The notes: generated by a model from the sequence alone, not told the origin. A stretch of DNA of 64,000 bases from the human T2T-CHM13v2.0 reference genome, Homo sapiens (GCF_009914755.1 NC_060944.1); one strand, 5' to 3'; numbered from the stretch's first letter, positions 1 to 17,974 are shown. Program-made: numbers and translations.

Positions 1-1325
1 AGGGACCCTCACACAAGCAGTTTTACACACTGGACTGTGAGAAGGTTCCGGAGTTGTGCTGTGTATATGTCCAGTCTGATAGTAGGCATGTCCACCACTG
101 GGTCTGTTGGAATTCTCAGCCAGCCCCCACCAGAGAGGGGCCCAGCCAACGCAATCAGTCACCCACAAAGGCGGGAAGGGACTTGTCTCCAAGGTGCCTT
201 GCACAGGAGAGCCAAGTGACGGAGGCTAGGACTCATTTCTCAGGCTGCAGCCAGGAATCCCCAGTGGGCAGAGGGAAAGGGAAGGGGACTAGTGCTTACA
301 CAGTGGCTACCATGGGAGGCAGCAGTGGTTGGTCCCAGTGTACAGCCAGGAAATTGATGGCTTGGCCGAGGCCTCCCAGCCAATCATTCTCTCTGTGTGC
401 AGCCCACACTCCTCTGAACACAAACTTGGTCATGAGGCAGAGCAACCACATGGCAGGCACAGCCTCCAGGTGCCCCTCACCCTGCTGGTCCCTTGCCTCC
501 AGCAAACACCCAGCATCTGTATGCCAGTTTGCTTTGGCAGATACTCTGAGCCCAGTGGTATGCAGGGTACGATTGTAACTGTAACCGTGTTCGTCATACC
601 AAAATCTGGACAAAGGTTTTGAGAGATTTTTTGCTCCTTTGGAACAGAGGTGGCCTGAGAAATGCTATTTGGACTTTGGAACAGTGGACTAGAGTGACCT
701 ATGCTGTCCCTTTCCATTGTAGTAATTCATTTGATGACCATCTGGAGCCAGTTGCTTTCTCGTAAATTTGCTCATTCTCCCGTATATTCATTCTTTTTGT
801 TTTGTTTCAGCACGTTGGTTCTGGATCTTTAATATTTGTTTAGTTTGTTTTGATTTGCAGAGCACTTTCATACACATTATCTCAGTAGATCTTTATCCAA
901 CTTTGGAAAGTATTACTATTCTTATCATCCTTGTTTTTCAGAAGAGGAAACTGAGGTTCACTGGTAGAAAGAGGCTTGACCAAGCTCACTGTGGCTGAGC
1001 TACTTATTCAATAAATATTTATTAAGTGCTGCTCTGTGCCTGGCAGTGAGCTGGCCCTGGGGAAACACTGACAGACAGAGCTGCCTTAAAGACTTAGTTT
1101 CTGACCTCCCAGAGTCTGCAGCAGCAGCACACCGAGATCTAGCCAGGATCCACCCCAGGCTCCTAACCTGCATCCTGGGCCCTCTCCACTTCAGGTCCCT
1201 GTAGTTTGGGCCTGTGGCTTAGGTCTAGACTGTTGCAGCCCGTGAGCCCTTATCCTGGAGCATCTTGGTATAAAGCAAGCCAAGGCATAAGTCTCTGCAA
1301 ACCGAACTTCAAAAGTAACAAAAGA

Positions 1326-1741
<416 letters not shown>

Positions 1742-3062
1742 CTAAGATCCTTGTGTGAATTTTCTGCAGCCTCCAAATATTTGATTACACTCTGCACAGG
1801 TGTGGAGCTCTATGGCCATGTGCTGAGCTGGGGACCCTCCCCACCTCCTTTAATATTAAATGAGATGAAATAAAGTAAGGTCCTAGGATAGCAGGTCTGA
1901 AAAGGACTCTGGCCCAGCCCCTTCCTTTCCCATGAGTAGGAACTAAATCTCGGAGGAAAGGGACTTGCCAGGATCCCATACTGAGAGACCTTCCTTCCCC
2001 TTCCCCTCCCTTATCAGTTTCACTTAATTTCCCGTCCTTCCTGTAGGAACCCTCTCATCCCAGCTGTACATGGTCAGCATTCAAAGCCTTCTTCAAATCC
2101 TTCCTATGCCTCAAAGTCAAGTTTTCCCACAGTCTTCCCTGGCACTCTCCTCCACACCCCAGAGCCCCACAGTGTCCAGGCTTCCTCAGTCTACTCTCAG
2201 AGGCTGACTGCCTGTTCTGCAAGGCTAGACCAGCAGCCCTTGAGGAGACATTTCAAAATCTGTGTGCCTGGGTCCTGCCTCCCCTCCCAACCCAGGGAGT
2301 CTGATACCTGAGATCTAGGAAGAGGCATCTCTGGATACGTTTTGCTGGAGGTTTTTTTTGTGTGTAAAAGTTATATTTTTACTGAAAAAGCAATACATGT
2401 ATGTTGGTTTAAAAAAATTCAAACTTGGTTAAAAAAAAAAAAAAAGCCCAATGAAAAATTAGTCCCTGTCCTACCCAGACACCTAATCACTGTGACGAGT
2501 CTTGAGGTTTCCTTATAGAAATACTCAGCATCACGTGCAGCTATTGTCAGTAACATCCCTTTTTATTACTTAGACAGTGGCATAGTCTCTCCCTACTTTT
2601 CTATACCTTGAATTTTTCATGTAAGTCTCTGTTGCAGGTTATTCTTGGTGGGCACATACAGGTTCATGGCCACCTTTGCTCCTGAGCATGTGGCTTTCCA
2701 TTGACGGATAGACCACCAGTTGTTTGTCCTCTACTCAAGGATGTTTAGCTTGTTCTCAATCTTGCTGCTGTAAACAGTGCTGCAGTGAACACCCTTTCCT
2801 GTGTGTCTCCATGCACGAGTGCATGTGTAGCTGTCGGAGCCATTTCTGCACACAGAATTACTCTTTCCAAGAGTCTGTGCGCTTAAAATTTTGTCATGTA
2901 TTTTTTAATTGCCTTCTTTTTCATTCTGAAAATGTATATATTTTAAAAGGCACCCCGCCTTCACCCCCAGATTCAAATTTGTTTCCTCCATGAGCTCCTC
3001 TCGTGCTGCACCTGCTTAGCAACGGTGAAGCCAGTGAGCTCATTCAAATATTTACTGACCTT

Positions 3063-3410
<348 letters not shown>

Positions 3411-3714
3411 CTATACTCTTGCCCTTCACTGAACCTCAGTTTTCCTCATCTGAATAGTTGGGAGACTCATTCCTGCCTTTCTCATGTCCCTGGCTATTTG
3501 GTAAACCAGCCAGTAGGAAGACATCGTGAAATGTATTAAAGTGGTCTTAGCTAGACAGAGTGGGCATGCCAGGGTCAGCAGAGATTCTGAAGTCTAGACC
3601 AGTTCCCTGGGTGGGCCGTTGTCAGTCCTAGCAGATGGCCAGGTCAGCCCTCAGGCTGGAAATTTTAGGGCAGCTATTGGTAGGTGTCTCCTCTTGCTGT
3701 GCTGAGATACGGTC

Positions 3715-3781
3715 AAGATCATACTTAGGCTTTTGTTGGAAGAACATACAAGACGAGAGAAAAAAAAAGATCATACTTAGG
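3715..3781 (+). mobile_element. Micro retro-insertion (30 nt + A7) with 15-bp target-site duplication
   Basis: AAGATCATACTTAGG at 3715-3729 and 3767-3781 flanks an A-tailed unique insert. Confidence 0.7.
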
Positions 3782-4073
3782 GGCTCCCGGAATTTGCTCT
3801 GCCCTAGGTTGCTGAGACCTCTAGAACCTGTGCAGGCTAAAGGAACTCAGTCGGTAGATCCGAGAGAGGTGGTCAGGGAGACCAGGAGCATGTCTACACT
3901 GCCAGCAGACTTTTGCCTCCTCCCCCAAGCCAGCAGGATGGCCCAAAAAGGCTCCCCCAGCAGATCATCTTTGCAGCTCCTTTTTTAGCTCCAGTGGCAG
4001 CAGGGATGAGGAAGGGAAAGTTCTATCATTTTTTTCTAATTTAAAATGACATTTAAAATCACTAGCCTAGTGG

Positions 4074-4376
4074 GGGCCAGGTGTGGTGGCTCATGCCTGT
4101 TATCCCAGCACTTTGGGAAGCCAAGACGAGTGGATCACTTGAGCTCAGGAGTTAAAGACCAGTCTGGGCAACATAGCGAAACGCCGTCTCTATAAAAAAA
4201 TACAAAAATTAGCTGGATGTGGTGGTGCACACCTGTATTCTTAGCTGCTTGTGGGGCTAAGGCGAAAGGATCACTTGAGCCCAGGAGGTCAAGGCTGTAG
4301 TGAGCTGTTTGTGCCACTGCACTCTAGCCTGGGTGACAAAGCAAAACCCTGTCTCAAAAAAAAAAAAAAAAAAAAA
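4074..4376 (+). mobile_element. AluJ
   Basis: Alu consensus; duplicated aaaatcactagc flanks. Confidence 0.92.
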
Positions 4377-5759
4377 TCACTAGCTTAGTTCCTCCCTCCT
4401 ATTTTATCAATAGGAAAACTGCAGCCTGGAGAAGTTGAAGATCTCCTCCCAAGTCTCCCAGTGAACTTGACAGGTCTCAGCTCACTTCTGCTTGGATTAG
4501 AAGCCAGGCATTTGACTCTCCTAGTCCTTAACTCTCAACATCTTTCCCAAATTGTTCTAGTCGTAAAGTTTCACTTTGGGGTTAAAAACCAAAGTGAAAG
4601 AAAAATGGCAAAGCAGGAAGCAGCCACTTCAGACCCAGCCCAGGCTGAGGGGACACTCTGAGGGACCCAGGCCCAGGTGGCCTCATGAGGAGGGGAGCAG
4701 GCCTTTTCCCTACCCACTCCCACCCTTGCTCTGGGAGCCTGGCTGGGGTAGGGACTGGGTGGGGCCCCGCAGGGAGAGGCGCCAGGCTACAGACAGGCAG
4801 TGGCGTCCTGGCCTGGCCCACTGCTGTCTGGGAGACAGCCAGTAGGATGGGTTCTCTGGTGAAGTCAGCCCCATGTGGGTGTGGTCCCAGCCGGGCTCCA
4901 GGTAGGCCTTTTAAACTCCCATCCTTCCGGGGCAGAGCTGAGCTGGAGCTGGGCTTCTGTCAGCTTGGGAAAGAAATCCTGGCTTCCCAAACCCAGCTTT
5001 CACAGAGCATTTCACTTTCCCTGAAGGTAAGAGCCAGTGCCCTGTCTTTACCATGAAAACTCTTAAACTTTTGGTCACTGTGGGCACTTACTTACCTCCT
5101 ATAGTTTCTTTTTGGGACCCAGATGTCCTGAAAGCCAAAGGATGGAGGAGCTGGAACTGCTGGCTTCTCACCATTTTATGTCGCTGAGTTGTTGGGTGGC
5201 CTCAGGCAAGACCCTTCCCTTCTCTGGCCTGCAGATTCCTCATTTGTTTGTCAGCAGGAGGGAGCTCCTTCTATCTCTGCTATTAAGTTGAATTTGGTTC
5301 CTGGAAGCTGGTGAGAGAGTATCGTAACACCCAGTTTGGTTGGCCTGTGTCTTTCAGATATTAACTGTTACCTGATTAGCTGGGGTCTCAAGTTCCTATT
5401 TCCTGTGCTTTTACTAAGGAAATTCTCAGACTTATCAATGCAAATATGGTATCAATTTTGTTGCTAGACCAAATATGATTTTTTAAAATAGAGATTTCCC
5501 ACTATGCTACCCACGTTGGTCTCAAACTCCTGGGCCCAAGCAGTCTGCCCGCCTTGGCCTCCCAAAGTGCTGGGATTACAGGTGTGAGCTACCATGCCTG
5601 GCCAGCAAATACGATTTTTATGTACCTCTCTTCTCCTTTGCACAGTCACAGGGTCCCTAAGTACAGAGCTGGAGTCCAGTCCCTAAGGGCACCTACTGAG
5701 CATACAGTAGGTGATCAGGAAGCCCACACCCCAGAGGTCATATGTACCTATAGTTAAGA

Positions 5760-5990
5760 GCATCTCTGTAGAGTTGGACTGCTGGGGTTCAGTTCCTGGG
5801 CTGCCAGCTAGAGCTGTGAGACCTTGGACAAGGTACTTAACCTCTCTGGGCTTGTTTCTTCACCTGCAAAATAGAGATGCTAATAATACCTGACTGTAGT
5901 CCAGCATGAGGACAACAGAAACTTGTGCAAAGCACTAAGCACAGTGCCTGGTACAGAGGAAGCATTTGAGAAGTATTAGCTGCTGCTGTT
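5760..5990 (+). mobile_element. MIR
   Basis: accttggacaaggtacttaacctctctg...aagcactaagcacagtgcctgg. Confidence 0.7.
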
Positions 5991-7074
5991 ACTGACATCC
6001 AGGGGGAAAGAGAAGACTTGAAATAGCCAAAAACTGTCCATGTCCCATGCCTGGAAAGATGTAGATGGATTGGGTGGGCTGTTTGGAGTGGAGTCAGTTA
6101 TTTGATGGCTGTTTGCCAAGTGCAGGGCTCTTATGGGGAAAGGTGGCCTGGGTTAGGGGAGAGGCGAATGCTCTGCGTGAGGGAAGGGGAAGAAGGGCAG
6201 ACTGTCCAGGGTTCAGGAAACCCAAGATCAGGCTGGAGAATCTATCCAGGGCTGTCAGAATCTGCCAGGTATGTGGAGCTAGAGTTCTCTCTGCAGGGTC
6301 ATCACTCCATCTGGGCAGTTTCCTACTGGGGGCTGTGACGAGGACCTATTATTGACTGCGGAGAATAGGTTGGATAGTTCTAGCCTCTCCTGGAACTTTC
6401 TTGCCTTCCCCCTGGCGTGGCTGTTGCCCTGCACAGGGATGCAGTAATAGGAGTTGTCTGCCTGCCTGTGGAGTGCAGACCAAGGTGGGGTGGGGAAGAG
6501 GGGCCTGTCTGACATCACCCAGTAAAGGTAGGGCTGCCACCGTTGCTGCTGTCCCAGCAGTTTCTTTAAAAGAGGCACATGCAGCAGTGTGTGGGAAGGG
6601 TGGGGGGTGGAGGGCAGGGATTGGGCTCCTCCCTCCTTCCTACCCCACCTCCACTTCTCTTTCCAAACAATCAGCCATTCATTTACTTGAGTGCCAAGTG
6701 CTGTGCCAGGAGCCAGGGAGAGACTAGGGAACAAGATTGACTTCCCTCCAGCTTGGAGTCCCCACCCAAGCAGGTAACAAATAAACAGGATACTGTCTAA
6801 TCTGTTAGTGATGAGAACCCTAAAGGAAACAAGTAGATGCTGAGAAATTGGGGAAGGCATCTCAGGGAAAGTGACTGCTGGATGGGAAGGAGGCAGTCAA
6901 GGGCCGACTGGGAGGTGTCACGACCCTGAGGTGGGGGTATCTTGAGGGAACAGGAGAGGTAGGGGTTACATCTGGAGTAGTCTCAAGGTCAGGCAGGACC
7001 CTGGGGGTCTCGGTGAACCTAAAGAGGTGTGATAATGAATGTACTGCAAGTGAATATGTTTATATGTTTCTTCC

Positions 7075-9323
<2,249 letters not shown>

Positions 9324-12285
9324 TGATCATCTGGGAGAGCCTCCTCTGCAGAGGTAGCCTTGGTTCCAAAGCCCCTGGTGGCTTTGAGGAGCCTGGCCAC
9401 TGCCCCCTATGGAGGCAGGATAATGGGATGAGGAAGGCTGTGGATCTGATCACAGGACCCAAGCATAATTCCTTCATTAGCTACTTGCTCTAGGATTTGG
9501 GCCAAGTCCCTCCACCTGCCTCAGCCTCAGCTTCCTCTTCTGGGAAATGGGACAATACTTTCCAACATATTTATGACTCAGAGTCAGTGAGACAGATGAT
9601 GGACTTCCTTTGCAGTTTTGAGAATCCTAGCACAGTGTTTGGATGCAGTTAAATGCAAGGAAAATAGGACGCCTGATCCCAATTTGTAGAAGTAGTGGAG
9701 ACCCAGAAATACAGGGACTTGCCCAAGGTCATACGGCACTTCACTGGTAAAATTGGGCTGAAACCCAGCTACCCTCCACAAGTTGCAGCTTTTTAAGGTT
9801 TCTTGTTGGTCAGTCTTTCGAAGGACAGTAGACTTGAAATAGATGTTTGCTTTTCCGTCTTACTGGATTTGAAACATTTCTCAAGAAGCTCCAGTGTTGA
9901 TGGGCCTGTGAGGGAGGATAGAGGGTAAAGATTTGGGTAGGGAATAAAGACAATAATTCTGTGTCATAGGACTAGAGTCCTAAATGACTTTCATGGTGAT
10001 CATCTTGTCCAGGGACAGCAAATATCTTGCACTGGGCAATTACCCCTCCTACTGGACCCATGGCAGACAGCATCAGCCACAGCACTCCCATTGACCCCTG
10101 GATACAGCGTGAGGAGTCTTCTCGACACAGGCAAAACCAATCAACCAGAAGTAGCATGCCCAGTGGAATCTGTGCCCTCCCTAATCTAGTGCAGTCCCCT
10201 GCTTTTACAGATGGGTGGCAGTCCTGGGAGGGGAAAGGACTATGAAGGGCAATTGATGTCACAGGTCTCTTTGTGAGAGCAGAAAAGAGTCTGGCAGGAC
10301 AGTTCGAAGCCTTCGGAAGTATGTTTGCAAAAACATCAGGGCAGAGCAGCTCCCAGGGGGTAGATGTTATCAAGGTAAAGTCTGTTTTCTCCAGATGTTT
10401 CTTGGGATGCTGCCTGGCCTCAGGATGTTTATGAGAGTGTACTGTAGTCAGATTCCACCAACCAGAGCAGGAGGACAAACTTGGCTATCTACAGCAGCTT
10501 CTAAGCTTTGTAGGAATGTATGTGTCAGTCTTGCCGAAGCAAGCTTGTATTTTTACTACTTGTGAGGCTGGATCCTGTGAAGGTTGCATTCTGGAAGTTG
10601 AAACCTGTAGGGTTTGTACTCACTTAGCAGATAGAACATGACTCACTGTGTGATCCCGAACAGAGCCTTCAACCTCTCTGAGCCTCCTTTTTCCTTAGTA
10701 GCACAGGGGTGATGATGAAAACATCTCCTTGAGGGGATCAAATGTAAGATGCAGAGGTTAGGACCTCAGATGGTGATTGGGCTACTGCAATAACCACCAA
10801 TTCCTGAGCAGGTGAAAAACATCTGGCAACTGTGATTATTAGCCACTAATGTTCAGCCACTCCTCAGTGTGGCTGACCCTGTGCCATTGTTGGGGCAGAG
10901 TTCTATGGACAGGATGGGGTGGTTGGTGACCTTCTGATTGGTAGATGTTCTTTCAAAGACATCTTCCCAGATGTTACCATGTTGTGCTTTCAGAGGTAGT
11001 TGAGAGGAACGTTGAGTGGGGCGGGCTCTGTGGGCATGAGGGGACATATAGTCAAGACTTGTTCCAGCATCACTGTCATCTGCTTGCCAAGTTGTCTCTT
11101 ACTCTTCTCTACTTAGAGTCTTCAAAGTCTTCTAGGATGAGGGCTCTGCCAGCCTGTGTCATTTTTAGGGTGAAATGAGAGGGTGGGGTTCTGCCTCCTA
11201 AGTGTCAACAGGCATTCACCTGGGTACCTCTTTTGAGCCAGGATTGGAGGTCACAGGGATGCCACCCTGCCTTCAGGAGGCTCAGGGTCTAAAGGAGGAA
11301 GCAGAAAAGTAAAGAGGTTTGTAAAAATAGTGTGGTGGGCAAGGGCCTGTGGTGTGCCTGAATGTGGGATGTTGTTCAGTGAGTGAGCCAGGGCAGGGGC
11401 CTGGGAAGACTGTTAGGGAAGGCTTTTTGGCAGGAGTGATGCTGGAACTGATACCTAAAGGAGGAGGCAGAATCAGTGAGGAAGAGGGTGTTCAGGCAGC
11501 ACAGAGGCCTGGAAGCTGAGCATGGTGTGTTGGCATGAAGGGGGTGATGGAGAGTTAGAGGGGTGATTGACAAGGCAGAGAGGCCAGTGGTCCCTACACT
11601 AAAATGTTAGAATGGTGCTGCTACAGTGCGGTGTCGAGGGGCTGGATGGTTGGGGGTGCTGGGCAGGGCAATGAATCTTCCCGAACTTAGTCCTTGGACA
11701 GGATGAGACCCCTCATTTCTGCCCCAGGCCAGAAATCCTCAGCTTCTGGCATGCAGAGTCCATGGAGGGCCTGGGATTGGGCAGCAGCTCCGTGGGCCCT
11801 TTGCTCAGGAGATGTTTAGGCTCCTCAGGCAATTGTAATGACAGTTCCTCACCTGCCAAGCCCTTTCCCACCTGTCTTGGGAAACTCACAGCAGTCCTAG
11901 GGCAATAGACAGGGCAAGCCGCATTATTCTCATTTTATAGATGGGAGAAATTCAGACCCAGGAGCTTAAGTCATACACTGAATGAAGGCTGATTCCAGGG
12001 ATTCCTAACCTACTGGCAGTTTCTGTCATAGCAGGTATTTTGAAGGGGGCAGGGTAGCAAGTATCAGCTGATCTCCTATTCTGAGGATGGATTTATCATC
12101 TCAGATGGGAGCTCTTATGCAGCTAGACTTCCCAGACGAAGGTGTTTTACTTCCAGACTTTGCTGTCTGAAGCCCTGGTGTTAGTCCTCACAAGATTTCC
12201 CGTGTGGCTAGGCTGTGTGAACATTCTCATTTTGTATTTCGCTGTTTGTTGATAACAATTCTCCGGAGGTAGGGGGGTAAAAAAG

Positions 12286-12953
<668 letters not shown>

Positions 12954-14517
12954 TCAGGCCCGGTAGGAATCTTAAAAGTCACACCCATGGGGACTTCAGT
13001 TTCCTCCCTGGCATCCATCCTGCCTGTGTCTAGCCTGGCTGGCCATTTTCTAGGTCCTTCTTCCATCTTTGGCCAGCTCTGCTTCTTAGAAAGCTCCTCT
13101 TTATAATTAGTCAAAATTTACTTCCATTAACAATCCCCACCTTCCTTTTCCCCTCTGATTGTAGTGTGACCCTCTGGGGCTACATGTGTATTTGACAGTC
13201 TTTTAGGTATTTGAGGACAGTAGCCATGCCCTTTTAAATTGTCTCTCTTCTCCAGGGTGACCATCCTAGCCTCTCCAAGCCATCCCTCACTTTACGCTAA
13301 GCACAACTTTTGGTGCATATGTGTCACACGCCCCGTTTGTGACAAGTCCGTCCCAGACACACTAATCACTTGTTGAATCAGTCCTGGGCTTTCTCATGCA
13401 ACTCCATATGGCTGCCACAGTGCCCAGTCAGTGGAGGAGGCTTTTCATTGTCATCTCCACATTTCTATGGGTTTCTTGAGGACAAGGACTACTCATTCTG
13501 GGTCCCTAGTGGCTGGCACTGTGCATGGCTTTCCCTCTGTAAATAAGCATTTGCTGGAATGGGGTGGAGTTGAGACTTCTCCCTGTGTGGATCACCTTCT
13601 GTCTTCAGGTTCCAGTTTGACGATATCCCTTGCCTGGAATTACCTATGATACCCTCAGTATTATCCAGAGTTCAGTGGGGACTGCGCCCTCTCTGGTCCT
13701 GTGACTTTCCTGTAACAGTGCATCCTCAGTGTCTGTGGTCAGCTGACGTCACTAAGCCATTTTTCCACATATGCCGCTTTTCTTGTGTAATTGTCTTACT
13801 TGGGTTCCCAAACTCAGGGTCTTAATATAAGCTCTGAGGGAAAAAAAATCCCTCTGTTTTTCTGTGTCTCTGTCCCCCGGGTGTGCCTGGCACAGAGACA
13901 GGCAGCATTACCTCTGCTGACCTGAAGTGAACTCACGGTTTTCCCCATTCAGTCCTGCACTATTCGTCTCATCCCAACTCTAGGCTGCCGAGGGATCTTG
14001 GCTCCTACTCCTGTCACCTGATATGCCACCTGCCACTCCAGGCCCAGTGAATGAGCTTGTTAACACTGCCTTTCTATTCTGGGATTCGCTTGGTCATTCA
14101 GAATGGTGAAAGAGGCCAGCAATCGAGGTGCACAGGGCCTGGCAGCGTCTGGCTTTGCACACTGGACACACAGCCTATGACAGTTGGTGAAAGCCGGGCT
14201 TTTGTGACCTATCGCCAGGGTTTGAAGTCAGCCCTCCATTGACATCAGCCCTCCAGAAGTGAGGGTAGTTTTTTTGAGGCTCTTTCCAAGTAATACTTCC
14301 CAGGCTGGGCTCTGGGATCTTAGGGCTTTGGAAAGGTAGCAGCAAAGCTCGTATGATACAGCCAGTATTTGAAAAGCCACATTTTGCATTCTCTACCCTC
14401 AGTCCTTCACCAGACCAAGCGGGCTGCACATGTCAAGTTTTTGCACTGGGCTGGAGCCGAGGCAGCTTTGTAACTGGGCGGTTTCTCCTGCTTACTAGCA
14501 CCTGCTTCTCGTGGGTT

Positions 14518-14827
14518 GTTTTTTTGTTTTTGTTTTTGTTTTTTTGAGACAGGGTCTAACTCTGTTGTCCAGGCTGGAGTGCAGTGGCATGATCTTGGTT
14601 CACTACAACCTCTGTCTCCCGGGTTCAAGTGATCCCCACACCTCAGCCTCCTGAGTAGCTGGGATTACTGGCATGAGATACCATGCCCGGCTAATTTTTG
14701 TATTTTTAGTAGAGACAGGGTTTCACCATGTTGGCCAGGCTGGTCTCAAACTCCTGACCTCAAGTGATCCCCCTGCCTCAGCCTCCCAAATCGCTGAGAT
14801 TACAGGCATGAGCCACCATGCCCGGCC
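14518..14827 (-). mobile_element. AluS
   Basis: Reverse-complement Alu. Confidence 0.92.
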
Positions 14828-16959
14828 AAATGGTTATAGCTTTGATAAACAACAAGATCGTGATTTAGTAACAGTAGCTTGGGCGCTACCATCTCTTTAA
14901 AGCTTGGATTCCTAGGGATGATGGTAATAAGGTGTCCAGGGTGGGCTGGGGCAGGGACCACTGAGCAGAGCTCTTGGCAGAGCAGACTCTGCAGGTGGGT
15001 CTCTGAGGATAAATAAAATGATGTTTGTGGCAGATTCCAATACATAATGGGTGAGGAGTGGATGGTTCCTGACAGGCTGCTTACTGGATATGGCTGCAGT
15101 GGTAGTAGAAATGGTTTTTCAGAAACTACATGCTATTTGGACATACTATTTGGAGGTCAGTGGTCAGGGGCTAGAGGAGGCAGAGCTCAGCTACGGGAGG
15201 ATGCCTCCCTGAATGCCCGGAACTGGTGTTCTCCAGGCTGGGGGGAAACCAGGAACATTCCCACACTCATAGCCCCAGGCAAGGGTCCCTGCTCTGCTGC
15301 CAGATCCTCAGCTCATGCATTTGCCTTCCTGGTCCTTTTTTATGTGTACTATGAGAGAGTGAATTAGTCTGGTAGGTCTCAGAATAACATGTGGGAATTC
15401 TGTACAGAGAAAAAAGGGGAAATGGGGCTGTTCTGAGGGACCTGGGGTGGGGTGAGAGTCCAAAGAGCCTTCCTCAGGCCCCCTTGGGAATCCCCAGAAC
15501 CAGACTCAGCCACGCTGGAGAAGTCCTAAGTGGCTGGGAACCCATGTGAGTGGTTCCGGTGTTCCTGGTGAGAGAGTCAGAGCATGTGGGGCCATGTGTC
15601 TGGAAGCAGGACCTGAAGGAGGACAGTGGACAGGCAGCATGGGCACCTTAGCCATGTGCTGGGGTTCTGCACCAGCGGTCACCAGGCCCCTGTCCTCATG
15701 GTCAGCAGAGCCAGAGCTGCCACCCTCTAACCCACTCAGGAAATAGTCAAACCCTGCCTGAAGACCCCAGGAATAAAGGGCCCATTTAGGCCCTTTTAGG
15801 CCCTGACTGGGGAACTGGCCTGGCCAGGATCTCAGCCAGGCTCTGGCAGGTGGCACCTAACTCCCAGCCCTGGAGGCCGTGGCTAAAGAGCAGCTAAATG
15901 CACTGGCTCTGGGAGGAAAGCCTGGGCTCAAATTCTGGCTTTTCCACTTCCTGTCTGTGTAATCCTGGGCTACTCACTTCTCTGAGCCTCAGGGGTTTTT
16001 TGTTTGTTTATTTTTTCTCCTTGAAATCAGAATGGTAGGCCTGGTGAAGAGTTGGTGAGCCGATATAGTTAAAGTGCTTCATGCTAGGCCAGTTCATGTC
16101 CAGCCCTCTGTCAGTGGGAGATGTCATGGACAGCCAGCAGACAGCTTCCCACCCACTGAGGACCTGCCGCCCTGGACTGTGGGTGTGCCTAGAAGCATCG
16201 CTTAACCTCTTCTCTGACTCCTGTGACCCCAACATGTCAGGAAAAAAGCCCCTCATACCCTTGACCCCAACTGGGGAGTGAGCAGCTCTCCTAAGGAGCA
16301 GCTGGGGTGGGGTGGAGGCATTGCTCTGGCAACTGAGCAGGTCCCTCTCAGGCCTCTGCTCCAGGCCCCTGAAGGAGGGTGGCTGTCTGCACTGTGGATA
16401 CAGCTCTCCTGCCACCTGTGTCCTGGTGCCAAGAGCCTGAAACCAGACCTGGCCTTCCGGCCAAAAGGGACTTTCTCTGCTTTCACCCAGCCGGAACTGA
16501 GACACCACTAGAAGTTCCTCCTGGCTGCCTCCACCTCAAGGTTCCCACCAGGCTCCTGCCTTTCCGAGAGGAGGCTCTGATGGACAGTCTTCCTGGGGAG
16601 CAAGGGAGGGGGCTGGAGCCCTAGAAGGAACAAGGAGGTCTGGGGCAGCTGCTGCGGCAGTGATAGACTCGTGTGCCATGGGCCACTGCCGCTGCACGTG
16701 CACCTGCATTGTATTTCTTAAAATTATAAATTAACACCATTTGAAAATTCAGAGGAGTTTTTTTGCCAATTGATTTTTTTTCCACTGACTGTTCCTCAAA
16801 TGATTCTTCTATTGATATATAATAGATATACATATTTTCAGGGTAGATGTGATATTTTAATATATCCATATAATATGTAATGATCAAATAAGAGTAATTA
16901 GGATATCCATCACCTTAAACATTTTTCTATGTGCTGGGAATATTCAAATTATTTTCTTT

Positions 16960-17225
16960 GGCCGGGCGAGGTGGCTCGCGCCAGTAATCCCAGCACTTTT
17001 GGAGGCCAAGTCCAGAGGGTTGCTTGAGCCCAGGAGTTTGAGACCAGCTTGGGCAACAAAGACCCCATCTCTACAAAAAATTAAAAATGAGCCAGGCATG
17101 ATGGAGCATGCCTGTGGCCCCAGCTACTTGGGAGACTGAGGTGGGAGGATCATTTGAGCCCAGAGGTCAAGGCTGCAGTGAGCCATGACAGAGTGAGACC
17201 CTGTCCCAAAAAAAAAAAAAAAAAA
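16960..17225 (+). mobile_element. AluJ inserted into an antisense L1MA 3' fragment (~16800-17250)
   Basis: Alu consensus; flanks resemble an L1MA 3' end. Confidence 0.85.
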
Positions 17226-17974
17226 CTGCTAGCTAATTTGAAATGTATATTTTAAAATCCAGATTTCTGGTACATTTGGCAGCTCTGACAACGCTGGGCC
17301 CAGGTTTCCAACATGGCAGCTGTGAGCCAGAAAGGGTTGATGCCCTGTGCACATTTGAACTGTGACCCCCGTTCAGGGACAACCCACTTAGTTTACAGCT
17401 GTGGAAACTAAGGCCCAGAAGGGACTCAGGCCCTGTGCAGAGTACACAGCCCACCATGGCCAGCATTGATTTTAGATCCTGGCAGCCTGGCCTTGCAGAG
17501 CAGAGCTTTCTGCGCTGCCACTCATAAGAGTAAAAAGCCTCTTCTCCCATCTGTAAAGTATCAGTGATAATTACCACTCCTCCCAGAGCTGTGTCAGGAT
17601 AAAGTAGCACCTGGCCCAGGCCTCCGTAATGATTCTTTTAAATCTGTACAAATGCTACACCTTGCCTGGAAAGTGTTGCTGGAAGCACCACATGCTTTCT
17701 CTGCCACTTTTCAGAAATGATTATTTTTCACACACTTTCCATTGCTCCGTGCCGAGGGTTTGTTGCACTCTCATTCCCACAGCTTCATTGCCCAGCTTCA
17801 AGCAGATTTGCTCAAGGCTCTACCTCCCACCAGACTGTGCTCCTGTGTGTGGTGGGGCGTGATCTGAAGGGAGTTCAAAGCCCTGGCCCTGGGGATTAGA
17901 TCCAAACTAAAAGACCAGGAATAAATCATTCTGCTTCCATGTGCCTCTGTTTACCCAGTTGTCAAATAGGGGTT

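Noticed and set aside
37-717. Overlapping ORFs of up to 174 aa at the window start
   Set aside because: No recognisable domain, no consistent splice structure; typical chance frames in GC-rich intron.
3635-3988. 117-aa ATG-initiated ORF
   Set aside because: No homology that I recognise. It runs through the 52-nt micro-insertion (insert plus duplicated site), which is not a multiple of 3, so the frame is unlikely to be old.
6279-6860. 193-aa minus-strand ORF
   Set aside because: Partly L2-derived, low-information composition, no known motif.
9972-10478. 168-aa minus-strand ORF considered as a processed pseudogene
   Set aside because: No recognisable parent, poly(A) tail or target-site duplication.
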